A stretch of 64,000 nt of DNA from a bacterium (GCA_022840695.1 JALHDC010000001.1:2516-66515), one strand, 5' to 3'; shown: positions 17,484 through 27,800, counted from the stretch's first letter. Program-made: numbers and translations. Notes: generated by a model from the letters alone, not told the origin.

Positions 17484-19760
17484 CTACAAACCAAGCTTCC
17501 AGATTACTGAACCATCAAGTATATATATATTCTTTTCAGAGAAATCCACAACAAAATTTCTTACATCAGAAAGAACCGAATCCTTCTCTCCTCTGTAGAC
17601 ATACTGGAAAAGAAGAAGTATTTGGTTAGGATGCCTACTATCTACCCCTGATTCTATTGGTTTTTCAAATCTAAGAAATCTTCTCCCTTCAGAATCAAAC
17701 AGATACAAACCAGAATCTAATGTATCTCCTGTAAAAGCCTTACTCAAGTTTCCATAATTTCCATCAAATCCTAAAACACTCAAAGGAGCTTCGTTATACT
17801 GATTTTCATAGAAACTGTAGTTAAATCTCAAAAGGTGTGGCTCTTCAGAAATTGTTACATAGATACTAAGATCGGCTATTAAATCCGTTGATTTTTCAAA
17901 TCTATCATCAACAATATATGCATAGGTCAGACCATATCTATCACCATATGCCGAGGTTGATTTTAACAAAGCCTTTCTATCTTTAGACATGAAATAGATA
18001 TTGTCACTCGTAGTCCAAGCAACCATCTCTGTAATTTCTGCTGACTTAATATCATTAACACCCAAACCAGATAGCTGAATAAATGGGGAAAACCATCCTT
18101 CCTCGTTAAAGGCTGCTTTCAACATCCCCTGCTTTTCATCATATACATACACTCCGTTAACACCAACATATACCTGTGAAGGAGAAGTAACTAAGCCATC
18201 ATTATCTGGAAGAGTCTTAACACTTTTATCATACAAAGAAACTCTATGCACAGCTTTTCTCCCTTTATCTGCAACAAACAAATATTCATTACCATAACTA
18301 TCTAAGGATATAGCTAAATCAACAATATCGGAGCCCTCTCCAAATGATAATCTACTATCAAGATAGTTAACCATTGTTCCTCCCTCTACAAACCCTACTC
18401 TCTTGTAAAGAGAATCACCCACCTCCAAAACCCTCTCTCTTAAGGTGTGAAATTTCTCAGTATCCTCATCATTCAATTCCCCAGTTATTTCTGACAATTT
18501 CTTCTCTGCTTGGAATAGGTATGTCTCAGCAGAAGAGCTATCCGTTACAAAACTATTTTCACTTTTACTCAGTAATTCTTCAATTTGAACAAACGATTCA
18601 TTAGCTAATTTACTAATTTCTTTCGATTTCTTAGCTTTAACTGTGAAATTAATACCAAGAAGAATCAATGTCAAAATAATTAAAAACATGAAGAGAAGTT
18701 TAAATCTCTTTCCACGAAGATCCCTGACTTTGTAATCATCTATTCGCATTCCTGCTACACCAACTGGTTTTCTTCTTCCAACCCTAACCTCCGAGAATTT
18801 AGAAGCAACTCTTTTGTACCATCTCTTCTTGCCTAAGTTCTCTACAATATTTTCCGAAAGGGAGTTCCAAATATTTTTGAAGGAAGCCACAACTTTGCCC
18901 CAAAATGGTTCCACCTTCCCCCATATTCTATTGAAAATTTTTTTAACCTTAGAGAATTTTGAACTCAAATCTAATTTTTCCTTAAAATCAACAAGAACTC
19001 TTTGCTCCTGAGGTTTCTTAATCTTCTCTACTCTAGCAATAGGTTTTAACAAATTTTGAGCACTTTCTTTAACAGCATTAACTGAATCCTTGATAGTAGT
19101 TCTTTCACTTACAATCTTCTTCTGTCGCTCTTCTTTACTAAAATACAATAAAGCTTTTGTACCTTCTAAAGAACTACCAATAGCATTTAACATCTTTACG
19201 AAATCTTCTTTCTTCTTTAACACTTCCAATCTAGAGACATAGTTATTCAATATATCTGAAGAAGAAACCATTAGTAGGTCCCCTTCCTCAAGAACAACTC
19301 CTGCTGTATTTGCTTTTTTCTCTTCAAGAACTTTACCAATATCTACAAAAGAACCTTTCTTAAATGTAAATATGTCGTTCTCTCCAAAGATTCCAACATA
19401 TACTCCCTCCTCCTTTACCAAAACAATTGTAAAACTGATATCTACCCCAATCTCTTCTAATTCAATATCGTTAGCAATTAGGTCTTTTACCTTTTTGACA
19501 CCAGAGGATATTGAATCTTTCAAAGATTCGTTTGTTGTAGATGCATTGGAATACAGATATCCATCAATAATACTGTCCCAGACAAATTTTGATATTCTTT
19601 CGGATTTTACACTTTTCTCCGAAGATATTTTTAATAATGCATATATATCACCCTTTTTATCTACCTTTTTTTCTGTACTATTAAAAAAATGCCTGAATAC
19701 CTTTATAAAGGAATTACTATCCTTACTATTGGATACATATTGTTGAGCAGTTATTTCCAT
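17484..19760 (-). CDS. Bitopic membrane protein: cytoplasmic degenerate PP2C-like domain, one TM, large extracytoplasmic beta-rich domain
   Basis: 758 aa. Central TM FKLLFMFLIILTLILLGINF. The N-terminal region resembles PP2C/SpoIIE folds (GVYVGIFGENDIFTF...VVLEEGDLLMVSSSDIL) but lacks the metal-binding Asp residues. The C-terminal ~390 aa is Gly/Tyr/Asp-rich and repeat-like (possible propeller). Domain calls are tentative. Confidence 0.55.
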   Translation of the reverse strand: MEITAQQYVSNSKDSNSFIKVFRHFFNSTEKKVDKKGDIYALLKISSEKSVKSERISKFVWDSIIDGYLYSNASTTNESLKDSISSGVKKVKDLIANDIELEEIGVDISFTIVLVKEEGVYVGIFGENDIFTFKKGSFVDIGKVLEEKKANTAGVVLEEGDLLMVSSSDILNNYVSRLEVLKKKEDFVKMLNAIGSSLEGTKALLYFSKEERQKKIVSERTTIKDSVNAVKESAQNLLKPIARVEKIKKPQEQRVLVDFKEKLDLSSKFSKVKKIFNRIWGKVEPFWGKVVASFKNIWNSLSENIVENLGKKRWYKRVASKFSEVRVGRRKPVGVAGMRIDDYKVRDLRGKRFKLLFMFLIILTLILLGINFTVKAKKSKEISKLANESFVQIEELLSKSENSFVTDSSSAETYLFQAEKKLSEITGELNDEDTEKFHTLRERVLEVGDSLYKRVGFVEGGTMVNYLDSRLSFGEGSDIVDLAISLDSYGNEYLFVADKGRKAVHRVSLYDKSVKTLPDNDGLVTSPSQVYVGVNGVYVYDEKQGMLKAAFNEEGWFSPFIQLSGLGVNDIKSAEITEMVAWTTSDNIYFMSKDRKALLKSTSAYGDRYGLTYAYIVDDRFEKSTDLIADLSIYVTISEEPHLLRFNYSFYENQYNEAPLSVLGFDGNYGNLSKAFTGDTLDSGLYLFDSEGRRFLRFEKPIESGVDSRHPNQILLLFQYVYRGEKDSVLSDVRNFVVDFSEKNIYILDGSVIWKLGL

Positions 19761-19762
19761 AA

Positions 19763-20026
19763 TTATGTAAGAATTACAAACAACAAAGAAAGTAAAGTTC
19801 CTACTAGTACTATTATGGTGTACAAGAGTATGACTATGTTTACTATTTTGTTTTGTGGGGTCTTGAAGGTGTCTGCCAAAATTCTAACTCTCAAAAAGAG
19901 TAACAGAGAAAAGAATATATTCCCTACCAGTATGAGAATTATTGGTAATTTAAGAAGCGAAAGGAAGTTGAATGAAAGAATGGTATTGCTTCCTCCTAAG
20001 TTGTTTAAAAAATCATTTATATCCAC
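19763..20026 (-). CDS. Small hydrophobic membrane protein (87 aa)
   Basis: The ORF exactly fills the gap between two minus-strand genes; two predicted TM helices; no homology recognised. Confidence 0.35.
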   Translation of the reverse strand: MDINDFLNNLGGSNTILSFNFLSLLKLPIILILVGNIFFSLLLFLRVRILADTFKTPQNKIVNIVILLYTIIVLVGTLLSLLFVILT

Positions 20027-20646
20027 TATATTTCTCCTTTCTGCTTAGATTCCAAAAGATCGTACAAAATATCCTGTACTTCCCTCGGTCTCGGTATATT
20101 ATCAAATTCAATTTCTGCAGTAGCTCCTGCAGTCTGGATGTATACCGTACCGATATCAAATATACTACCAAGAGCACCTAACTGTTTATGTGATACATCC
20201 TCTATCTTGTCCAATCTTGCTTCTGCCATAGAGTGAGATACTATGCTTGTAAAATCTATATCTATAACCCTTCTGTCCGTTATGATATTCACATTGTAAA
20301 ACCATCTTGCAAATGCATATACAACTATAGAAAAAGAAATAGTTAGACATGAAAGAAAAAGTGCCAAGAAGAAAGATGTACTTTCAGCAAGACCAGATAT
20401 AACTATCTGTATTAATACTGGAATAAGCAATACAGTAAGGGCTATACCTGCATATGGGATATATATAATCCAGTGTGATCGAACAATTAAAACTACATTT
20501 TCATCTTTCTCTTTTCCATAGAATGTTAAATCCTTAGGAAATGACATAAAAGAACCGTTGTTATTCTGTTGCAAATTATCCAAGAAGGATTTTCTCAATT
20601 TCCTGAATTTCTTGGGTACTAGATTGGGATTTTCTCTTTTAGCCAT
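20026..20646 (-). CDS. Membrane protein with bacterial PH (bPH_2/YdbS-like) domain
   Basis: Two TM helices (WIIYIPYAGIALTVLLIPVLIQIVI; FFLALFLSCLTISFSIVVYAF) followed by a soluble domain typical of DUF304/bPH_2. Confidence 0.55.
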   Translation of the reverse strand: MAKRENPNLVPKKFRKLRKSFLDNLQQNNNGSFMSFPKDLTFYGKEKDENVVLIVRSHWIIYIPYAGIALTVLLIPVLIQIVISGLAESTSFFLALFLSCLTISFSIVVYAFARWFYNVNIITDRRVIDIDFTSIVSHSMAEARLDKIEDVSHKQLGALGSIFDIGTVYIQTAGATAEIEFDNIPRPREVQDILYDLLESKQKGEI

Positions 20647-20820
20647 ATATGTAAAGATATCATAGAAAAGGGAAAAGTTAAAGGGTCTGGCACTGGTCTA
20701 TCCCCCAGATATCTTTACCCAGTACAACCTTTTTGCAAAATCAGGAGGTTCTTTGGGATGTTGCAACAACAAAAATATGTACAAAAAGAGAACGATTTCC
20801 TCTTGTACAAAGGTTTTTAT

Positions 20821-20843
20821 GGGGACAGAGGAGGGTCTGACCC
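20821..20843. repeat. 23-nt GC-rich motif GGGGACAGAGGAGGGTCTGACCC (copy 1), palindromic core GGGTCnGACCC
   Basis: Identical except for the central nucleotide to 57652..57674. Both copies sit in GC-rich intergenic DNA and are each preceded 75-145 nt upstream by a degenerate AGGGTCnG...GGTC element. Copy 1 abuts the stop codon of the SpoIID-domain gene. Confidence 0.6.
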
Positions 20844-22714
20844 TACTTCTTCTCTACGTTGAAATACCAATAGTGTGATTGTTGTTGTATACGCATGTGG
20901 CCGGGAGCCATTTGATTGTATATATCCTTAAATTCATTACCGGGAATGCTAATTGTCCCCCGCTCCGTGCCATAAAAATGAACATATGTGGTTTTCCCTT
21001 CGGACAGATCTGTCTTAACAAAAGATATTGATTTTACAGGGTTATACAAAAAACTCTCCAATTCGGAAGATGAATAAGGAGATTTCGTTATGTTGCCATA
21101 ATCTACCCTATATGGACACTTCCCAAAATCACTTGGTAGTAATCTTGATAAATCGGGATTTCCTTTTACTCCTTTACCATATTTTATTAAGTATGCATTT
21201 AAAATATCTATCATTTCTTGTGGAGATAGCCAGGGAGAATGACCGCATGTTATCCCATCAGGCTTATCACCATAGCGATACCAAGATTTATAAAACCATG
21301 TCACTCCAGAAACTTTTTCCCAAGCATCGTAAAACCAGTTACTTCCACCTCCACTCTGTGTATCCCACCCTCCAATACTATCAATCCACCCACCATGCAC
21401 AGCAGCATACTGTGTGATTGCAAGATCTGCCCCACGGAACAAAACCTGACTTCGTGTACTATCAACTGCTTGTTTCCAAGTCCCTGTTTTAACACCTGCC
21501 ACATACTGATGACATGTATCACCTCTTATCGCGGAGGCTCCGTATCCTGTAACTCGCAAAGCAAATGTTCTTGCTGCAATAGCCTGTGCTTTCAATGCTT
21601 CTATATGGAAGTATTCTGGCATTTCCCCAAGACGATATAGATATTCCGTTTCGAAATCGTATGTTGCATAGGTGGGATTTACACAACCATCCTCCACAGG
21701 ATACCCACTTCTGGGACATCTTGAATTTGCACCACAATAGACAACTGTTATAGATCCCATGGTTCCACTACCAAAAGTAGGATTAGAATAGTAAAAATTC
21801 AAAATATCTCTATAACTTTGACCCGCATCAGCTCTAGCTCTAGCACCCCACTGACTCATACCGTTTCTATGTGTATATGCCCCAATAGAAAATACTCCGA
21901 AATAACCTGCTGGCGCCTGAGCTATAGAAGTACCATCCCCAGAGGTTGTATCTCCGCCACTCGATATAAACCCTGAACTTCTTGCAGCTATCAATGCAGC
22001 TTGAAGCTGTGATACCTTTTTTGTCAGATCTGTTATCTCAGAACTCAACCCACTCTTACTAGCTACCTGCTTACTCAACTCTGCCTGTAACCTAACCTTC
22101 TCTGAAGCTAACAACTCATGAGCATCATCCAAACCCTTTCTCTGACTATTCAAATCCTCCATCTGATTATCCAAATCAGCCTTACTCTCTGCTAACGAAC
22201 TAAACTCCCCCCCTATCTTCTCTACCTCTCCCCTTAACATAGATATAGTACTCTGCTTTATGAAAATACTCTCCACCAAACTCTTCCACCCCTCTTTACT
22301 TAAAAAGAAATTAGATACCTTAGACCTACTCTGTATATACAAATCACCAGAAACCTCATCAATTAATACTTTCATTTTCTCCAACTGTCCCTGCTTTTCA
22401 TTAATAGCTAAACTCTTCTCCTCTATCTCCTTCTCTGTTCTTTCAATATTTTCTTCTAACTCTGTAATCTCTTTGTTTATCAAAACAATCTTTTGGGATA
22501 TTGAATAATTACTATTACTTATCTCTTTTATTCTGCTTTCAACACTCTTTAAAACACCCTCCTTCTCTTTTAACTCTTTCTCTGTTTCAGCTATTTTATT
22601 CTCTAAATCCACTATTTCATTAGAATATATTGGGAAGTTGAAAAGAGTGAATGAATACAAAACAAAAAGAAATACGGCAAATATATTTGTGATTATTCGG
22701 GGCACTTTAGACAT
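20843..22714 (-). CDS. SpoIID/LytB-domain protein with N-terminal TM and long coiled coil
   Basis: C-terminal SpoIID signature ALKAQAIAARTFALRVTGYGASAIRGDTCHQYVAG. The N-terminal ~300 aa is a K/E-rich coiled coil after a TM anchor. The 3' third of the gene is markedly GC-richer than the surroundings. Confidence 0.75.
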   Translation of the reverse strand: MSKVPRIITNIFAVFLFVLYSFTLFNFPIYSNEIVDLENKIAETEKELKEKEGVLKSVESRIKEISNSNYSISQKIVLINKEITELEENIERTEKEIEEKSLAINEKQGQLEKMKVLIDEVSGDLYIQSRSKVSNFFLSKEGWKSLVESIFIKQSTISMLRGEVEKIGGEFSSLAESKADLDNQMEDLNSQRKGLDDAHELLASEKVRLQAELSKQVASKSGLSSEITDLTKKVSQLQAALIAARSSGFISSGGDTTSGDGTSIAQAPAGYFGVFSIGAYTHRNGMSQWGARARADAGQSYRDILNFYYSNPTFGSGTMGSITVVYCGANSRCPRSGYPVEDGCVNPTYATYDFETEYLYRLGEMPEYFHIEALKAQAIAARTFALRVTGYGASAIRGDTCHQYVAGVKTGTWKQAVDSTRSQVLFRGADLAITQYAAVHGGWIDSIGGWDTQSGGGSNWFYDAWEKVSGVTWFYKSWYRYGDKPDGITCGHSPWLSPQEMIDILNAYLIKYGKGVKGNPDLSRLLPSDFGKCPYRVDYGNITKSPYSSSELESFLYNPVKSISFVKTDLSEGKTTYVHFYGTERGTISIPGNEFKDIYNQMAPGHMRIQQQSHYWYFNVEKK

Positions 22715-22729
22715 AACAGCATTATACCA

Positions 22730-23122
22730 TTAGCTGATAATGTTTTTTACAAATTCTATTATATATGGAAGAAACACTATTAATCCTGTTGTTACAGAAA
22801 CAAAAGCACTCACTAAAACAGCTCCAGCACTAACATCTTTGGCATATTTAATATTTACCTTATACTCCAAAGAAACAGTATCACACAATGCCTCTATTGC
22901 ACTATTAACTGTTTCAGATATAAAGACCATGGATATTACTAAGCTTAATGCTATCCAATCTGTATGAGAAATTTGGAAAAAGAACCCAGCAAAGACAACC
23001 AAGAGTGCAAAGATGAGATCTATTCTAAAATTTCTTTCGTTCTTAAATATCAGCTTAATACCATTCCTAGCATGCCCTTGGCTTTTAAAAAAATTTTCTG
23101 CCTGATATTTATGATTTTTCAT
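22730..23122 (-). CDS. dgkA: Diacylglycerol/undecaprenol kinase (DgkA family)
   Basis: Three TM helices and the conserved SETVNSAIEALCD motif of prokaryotic DAGK. Confidence 0.8.
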   Translation of the reverse strand: MKNHKYQAENFFKSQGHARNGIKLIFKNERNFRIDLIFALLVVFAGFFFQISHTDWIALSLVISMVFISETVNSAIEALCDTVSLEYKVNIKYAKDVSAGAVLVSAFVSVTTGLIVFLPYIIEFVKNIIS

Positions 23123-23442
23123 TATTGGGCAATGAAGTCTAAAACTGCATTAAGTACTGTAAATATAACCATTACAAAGATAAAGCCAATAACAGCCCAT
23201 GTTAATGTCCCTTGAGCTTGCTTCACCCTAGCAGGATCCCCTGCAGATATCATCCACATATATCCTCCCTGTATTATGAATATTACACAGATCAAACCTG
23301 CCAATGGAAAAAGGTAACTTAAAAGTTTATCTACCAATGTAGCCAATGTCCCATCTGTTAACCTAGGTGGTTCCTGGGCAAACACCGGAGAAACTAGAAG
23401 AAGTCCGGAGAAAAAATATATATATTTAAATATACTTTTCAT
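23122..23442 (-). CDS. VirB2/TrbC-like small membrane pilin-type protein, paralog 1
   Basis: Signal peptide (…LLLVSPVFAQ), then two hydrophobic helices separated by the conserved loop GGYMWMISAGDPARVKQAQGTL. Confidence 0.55.
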   Translation of the reverse strand: MKSIFKYIYFFSGLLLVSPVFAQEPPRLTDGTLATLVDKLLSYLFPLAGLICVIFIIQGGYMWMISAGDPARVKQAQGTLTWAVIGFIFVMVIFTVLNAVLDFIAQ

Positions 23443-23717
23443 TATTTAGTAGTTAAAACTTCATTTATTACAAATTCTATAATTGTTGGGGATATAAATA
23501 CAAGTATTAAACCTAAAAGAGAGAATGCCATTGATCTTGTAGCATCTTTTATCTTATCCTCATCACCAAAAGAAAGTATGAACTTAAAGCCAGAAATGAC
23601 TAATGATATAACCACTATTACTACGGAGAATGAGATGGCAAAGTTTATTATAAAGAATACAAATTCTGTTAAATTCTCATACCCCGTGTTGTTAAGAATA
23701 CTTAAATCCACCAACAT
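23442..23717 (-). CDS. VirB2/TrbC-like small membrane protein, paralog 2
   Basis: Two hydrophobic helices with loop SFGDEDKIKDATRSM; start overlaps the stop of paralog 1 (translational coupling). Confidence 0.5.
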   Translation of the reverse strand: MLVDLSILNNTGYENLTEFVFFIINFAISFSVVIVVISLVISGFKFILSFGDEDKIKDATRSMAFSLLGLILVFISPTIIEFVINEVLTTK

Positions 23718-23741
23718 ACGGGTATTAATTAAAAATATCTA

Positions 23742-24086
23742 TTACTTAAGAACGTTTGTTAATACAAACTGTACTAAGATTACGGAGATAAAACAGATAA
23801 CCAAACCAACGATTGCATATGTCAATGATTTTGTTGCTTTTTCTATCTTTGATTCATCTCCAGCTGCTGTGATATATGTATATCCACTAGCTATCAATAT
23901 TGCAACACATACTAAAGCTGCTAAACCAATTACTAAGTTCAAAACATCTTTAACCCATGGTAAAAAATCTTTACTTAATGGACCTTCTGGTAAATACTCT
24001 GTACCTGTTTGTGCTAAGACTGCAGAAGCTAAGTAGAGATTAGAAGCAACTCCTGAAACTACTGCTAATATCTTGGTCATTTTCAT
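23742..24086 (-). CDS. VirB2/TrbC-like small membrane protein, paralog 3
   Basis: Signal peptide (…ASAVLAQ) plus two helices and loop ASGYTYITAAGDESKIEKATKSL. Confidence 0.55.
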   Translation of the reverse strand: MKMTKILAVVSGVASNLYLASAVLAQTGTEYLPEGPLSKDFLPWVKDVLNLVIGLAALVCVAILIASGYTYITAAGDESKIEKATKSLTYAIVGLVICFISVILVQFVLTNVLK

Positions 24087-24161
24087 ATATTCTGTTTATT
24101 AAATATTATATTAATTGTGATAATTATATATAAAGGATTAGTTTTATGCAATACTAATTCT

Positions 24162-24458
24162 TTATAACCCCAATATCTTTCCAATAACAAAATCTATTAT
24201 TGTTCTAGCTAAAAATACAATAACCAAACCTATGATTGCAGCTGTTATACCCTTTTGACCTTTTTCGATCTTTTCAGGATCTCCTGCAGCAGTTATGAAC
24301 ATATACCCTGAAGCTACTAAGATAATTACAGCAACTAAAGCTGAAAATCCTACAAAGAAATCAATTGCAGTACCCACTTTTGAATTCAAAACGGAATCAA
24401 GAGTAGGATCTCCCCAATTTATTAATTTATCTCCAATAAACTGAGTTATATTTGTCAT
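24162..24458 (-). CDS. VirB2/TrbC-like small membrane protein, paralog 4
   Basis: Loop ASGYMFITAAGDPEKIEKGQKGI between two hydrophobic helices. Confidence 0.55.
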   Translation of the reverse strand: MTNITQFIGDKLINWGDPTLDSVLNSKVGTAIDFFVGFSALVAVIILVASGYMFITAAGDPEKIEKGQKGITAAIIGLVIVFLARTIIDFVIGKILGL

Positions 24459-24474
24459 ATTCGTATATTAATAA

Positions 24475-24825
24475 TTAATTATAAATATCCAAACCCAATG
24501 TATTACTGATTATCAATAGTATTGCAACAGAAAGTAATACTACTAAAAAACCAATAATTGCATTAGTTAAAATTTCCTTCCCTTCTTTTAATTTGTCCGG
24601 ATTTCCTTGACTAGACATAAGCATATATCCAGCATATACCACTAAAACAACCACACATATCACAGCCAAAGGAACAGCGATATCTACGATGGCATCTATA
24701 AGTTGATTCTCATCGGCAATCCCACCACTCTCCAATTTACCTAAACTTTCACTTAGTTTTGAACCCAAATCCTGAGCATATGCTTTTTGCACTATTAAAT
24801 CATGAATTTTACTAATAATTTCCAT
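24475..24825 (-). CDS. VirB2/TrbC-like small membrane protein, paralog 5
   Basis: Loop AGYMLMSSQGNPDKLKEGKEIL between two hydrophobic helices; most divergent copy. Confidence 0.5.
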   Translation of the reverse strand: MEIISKIHDLIVQKAYAQDLGSKLSESLGKLESGGIADENQLIDAIVDIAVPLAVICVVVLVVYAGYMLMSSQGNPDKLKEGKEILTNAIIGFLVVLLSVAILLIISNTLGLDIYN

Positions 24826-24847
24826 AAGCCAAATTATACTATATCAA

Positions 24848-27800
24848 TTACAAATCTGCATATTCACATATTGAATTATAATCACAGAACCTACAAAGAT
24901 ATCCAGGAGTGGCAGTAAAATCTCCTCTCTTTACAGATTCTAATGTTGCAAGTAATTTTTCTTTTGATAACTCCCTTCTCTCTTCCGAGACATTAACCTC
25001 CAATTCCTTCCCTGTTTCTACATAAATATATTTAGCCTTACAAACTTTATATCCCAGTTTCTCCTCTGCGAATAATGCATACAAAGGTAATTGTAAATCA
25101 TCCTTCACGTCCTTCTCCTCTTTTTCCTTACCGGTTTTATAATCCACAATACATACCTCTGTAACACCATTGCTTTCTCCTACATAATCTATTCTGTCTA
25201 TCTTCCCTACAAAAACAGTATCCCCCAAATGAACATTAAAACCCTCCTCTAATCTAAGAGGTTTATCCTTTTCATCAAAAACTTTCTCATAATAATTTTT
25301 TAACATTTCAACACCTTCCTCTTTTCTTTCCTTTTCATGCTTACTACTTTCATAACCAGAAGAAACCCAATTCTTTTCATACAATCTGAGTAACTCCCCT
25401 ACCGTTGGCACATCAGTTATACCTTCCAATCCAGATTGAGAATGTTTTAATAGTGAATAGAAGTCCTTCATTGTATTATGAATAGTAGTTCCAAAAGAGA
25501 GGGCAGCACTTGGTCTTTGGGGAACCTTCAATATATATGCATATTCATATTTTCTAGGACATGCCTCATAGACATTAAGTTGAGAATAACTAAATCTTTT
25601 AACTAAATTCCGTTTTAAATCAGACCCCAATAAAACACCTACATCCTCATCATTTATAATATTAATTCCAACACTCTTTTCTGCCAGATTTTTAACTTCA
25701 ATATTTTTAAATTCTTCCTCCACATTCCTATCAAGTATTTCATTCAGAAATATACTTGGTTTTTTCTTTCTCTTTCCATCACCATAGAAATATGCAGCTG
25801 TGAGGAATAATTTTTCCATTGCTCTAGTTGCACCGACATAAAACAACCTTCTTTCTTCCTGGATATTAGATTCTTTTTCACTAATCTCTTCAGGCAAGGT
25901 TTCTTTTATTAAAGCCTCTGGTATTGGAATACTATCTGATCTCCCATATGCAGGAAATCTCTGTGCAACAAGATTTACTAAAAAGACAATTGGAAACTCC
26001 AAACCTTTTGAACCATGTACTGTCATAATATTTACTCCATTAAAATCTTCTAATTCTGTCTGATCTACCAAAGGTGATTCTCCAACCTCTATGCAGTAAT
26101 TGAGATAATCTACATACTCATAGATATTAGATAATGGATTATCCTTCTCATACTGCTTAACTAATTCCAAAAATTTGTTTATATTTGAAACCGCAAAAAG
26201 ATTCTCCGGATCTTCATTCTCCATAAAGGAGTCTAAATACAGGCTCTTTATCACAAACTCATACACTATTTCTAAAACTGGTCTATTATCCTTAACTCTT
26301 ACAATTGAAGAATTTAATAGATCAAGAAGCCTACTAATACCAGCAATAGCTTTAGGGGAAAGAATTTTTGCAACTTCCTCATTCTCAATATCTTCGATTT
26401 CATCACTACTTACATCCCCTAATTTCACATTCCATAGTTCCTCCAATTGCTCAAAGAGAGTTATCTTCTTCTCTCTCGCCCGTTTACTAATTTCTACATA
26501 CTCCCTTGCAGATAAATCCCATATGGACATAGAAAGTAATCGGTACATAGATATTTCATCGGAATAATCTGTCAAGACTTTAAGAAACGATACTATATTT
26601 CTAACTTCTTCTCTGAAATATAATCCTCTTGAACCACCTAGTTTATATGGAATCCCTTTATTACGAAGAGCTTGTATAAAACTCTCTGCATGAGAATTAG
26701 CTCTTACAAATATTGCAATATCAGAAAATTTATAATCTCTTTCCTTCTCATCGACAAAAGATGCCTGCCCTTTCTCATCAAAGACCTGCCCTTCACTATC
26801 TTCAACAACATATTCATCATATCCTGTTAATTTTAATATCTCCTCAGCAACCTTCTCAGCTTCTGCACTCTCATTATTTGCCACTACTAAATTAACAGGA
26901 TTATCATCTTTTTTAAAAACAGCCTTAGCCAAAAGCTTTTTCTCAATATTCTCAGTAATCTCCAACCTGTTGGGATTATTATGCTTAATTAACTGGTATG
27001 AAGCATCTAAAATCTCCTGTCTTGAACGATAGTTTTCTGTTAGAACAATTTCTTCTGCCTCTGGATATGTTTGTTTAAATTGGAGAATATTTGATATTGC
27101 AGCACCTCTAAATTTGTAAATGGCTTGATCATCATCACCAACTACAGTTAGGTGTGATGGCCCTTCTCCCAGAAGATTTACTAATACATTCTGTGCATAG
27201 TTAGTATCCTGAAATTCATCTACTAGTATATATTTAAACTGTTTCTGATATTTCTTCCTCTCTCTTAACAACCTCAGCGTAAGGGTTATTAAATCACCAA
27301 AATCTAGCTTTGAATTTTCAATCTTCAAATCCGAATACATCTTATATGTATTAGCAAGCTCATTAGTCTTTGCATACTCCTCTTTCTCCTCTTCACTGTT
27401 TTTAGGTAAACTACTCGCATATTCTAAGTATTCTTGGGGAGAGACATCCTCATCTTGAAGTCTTGAAAAGTGCCCAATCAAGTCATTTATAAATTTTGTA
27501 GAATTACCCCTTGGTCTTAAAGTTTTAAGAGGTAGATCATACAAATACCTTCTTAAAAAGATATATGCTTGAGATGTACTCATTAAAGAATATCCCCCAT
27601 CGAGACCAATATTGTAACCATCTTCTCGTAGAATTTTGTCACAAAAAGAATGAAATGTTGATATTAATGGCTCTTCATACCCATACTCCATTTCCAGATC
27701 TACTCTCTCCTGCATTTCTTGGGCAGCTTTTTCTGTAAATGTTAATGCCAATATCTCGGAAGGCTTAGCATATCCCTTCTTTATTATATGTATTATCCTT

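Noticed and set aside
21028-21737. Four overlapping track ORFs (21028..21417 +, 21239..21640 +, 21301..21522 -, 21519..21737 -) inside the SpoIID-domain gene
   Set aside because: They are in the locally GC-rich 3' part of a well-supported 623-aa gene (SpoIID signature in frame), and their products are low-complexity. These are spurious long ORFs caused by the GC shift.
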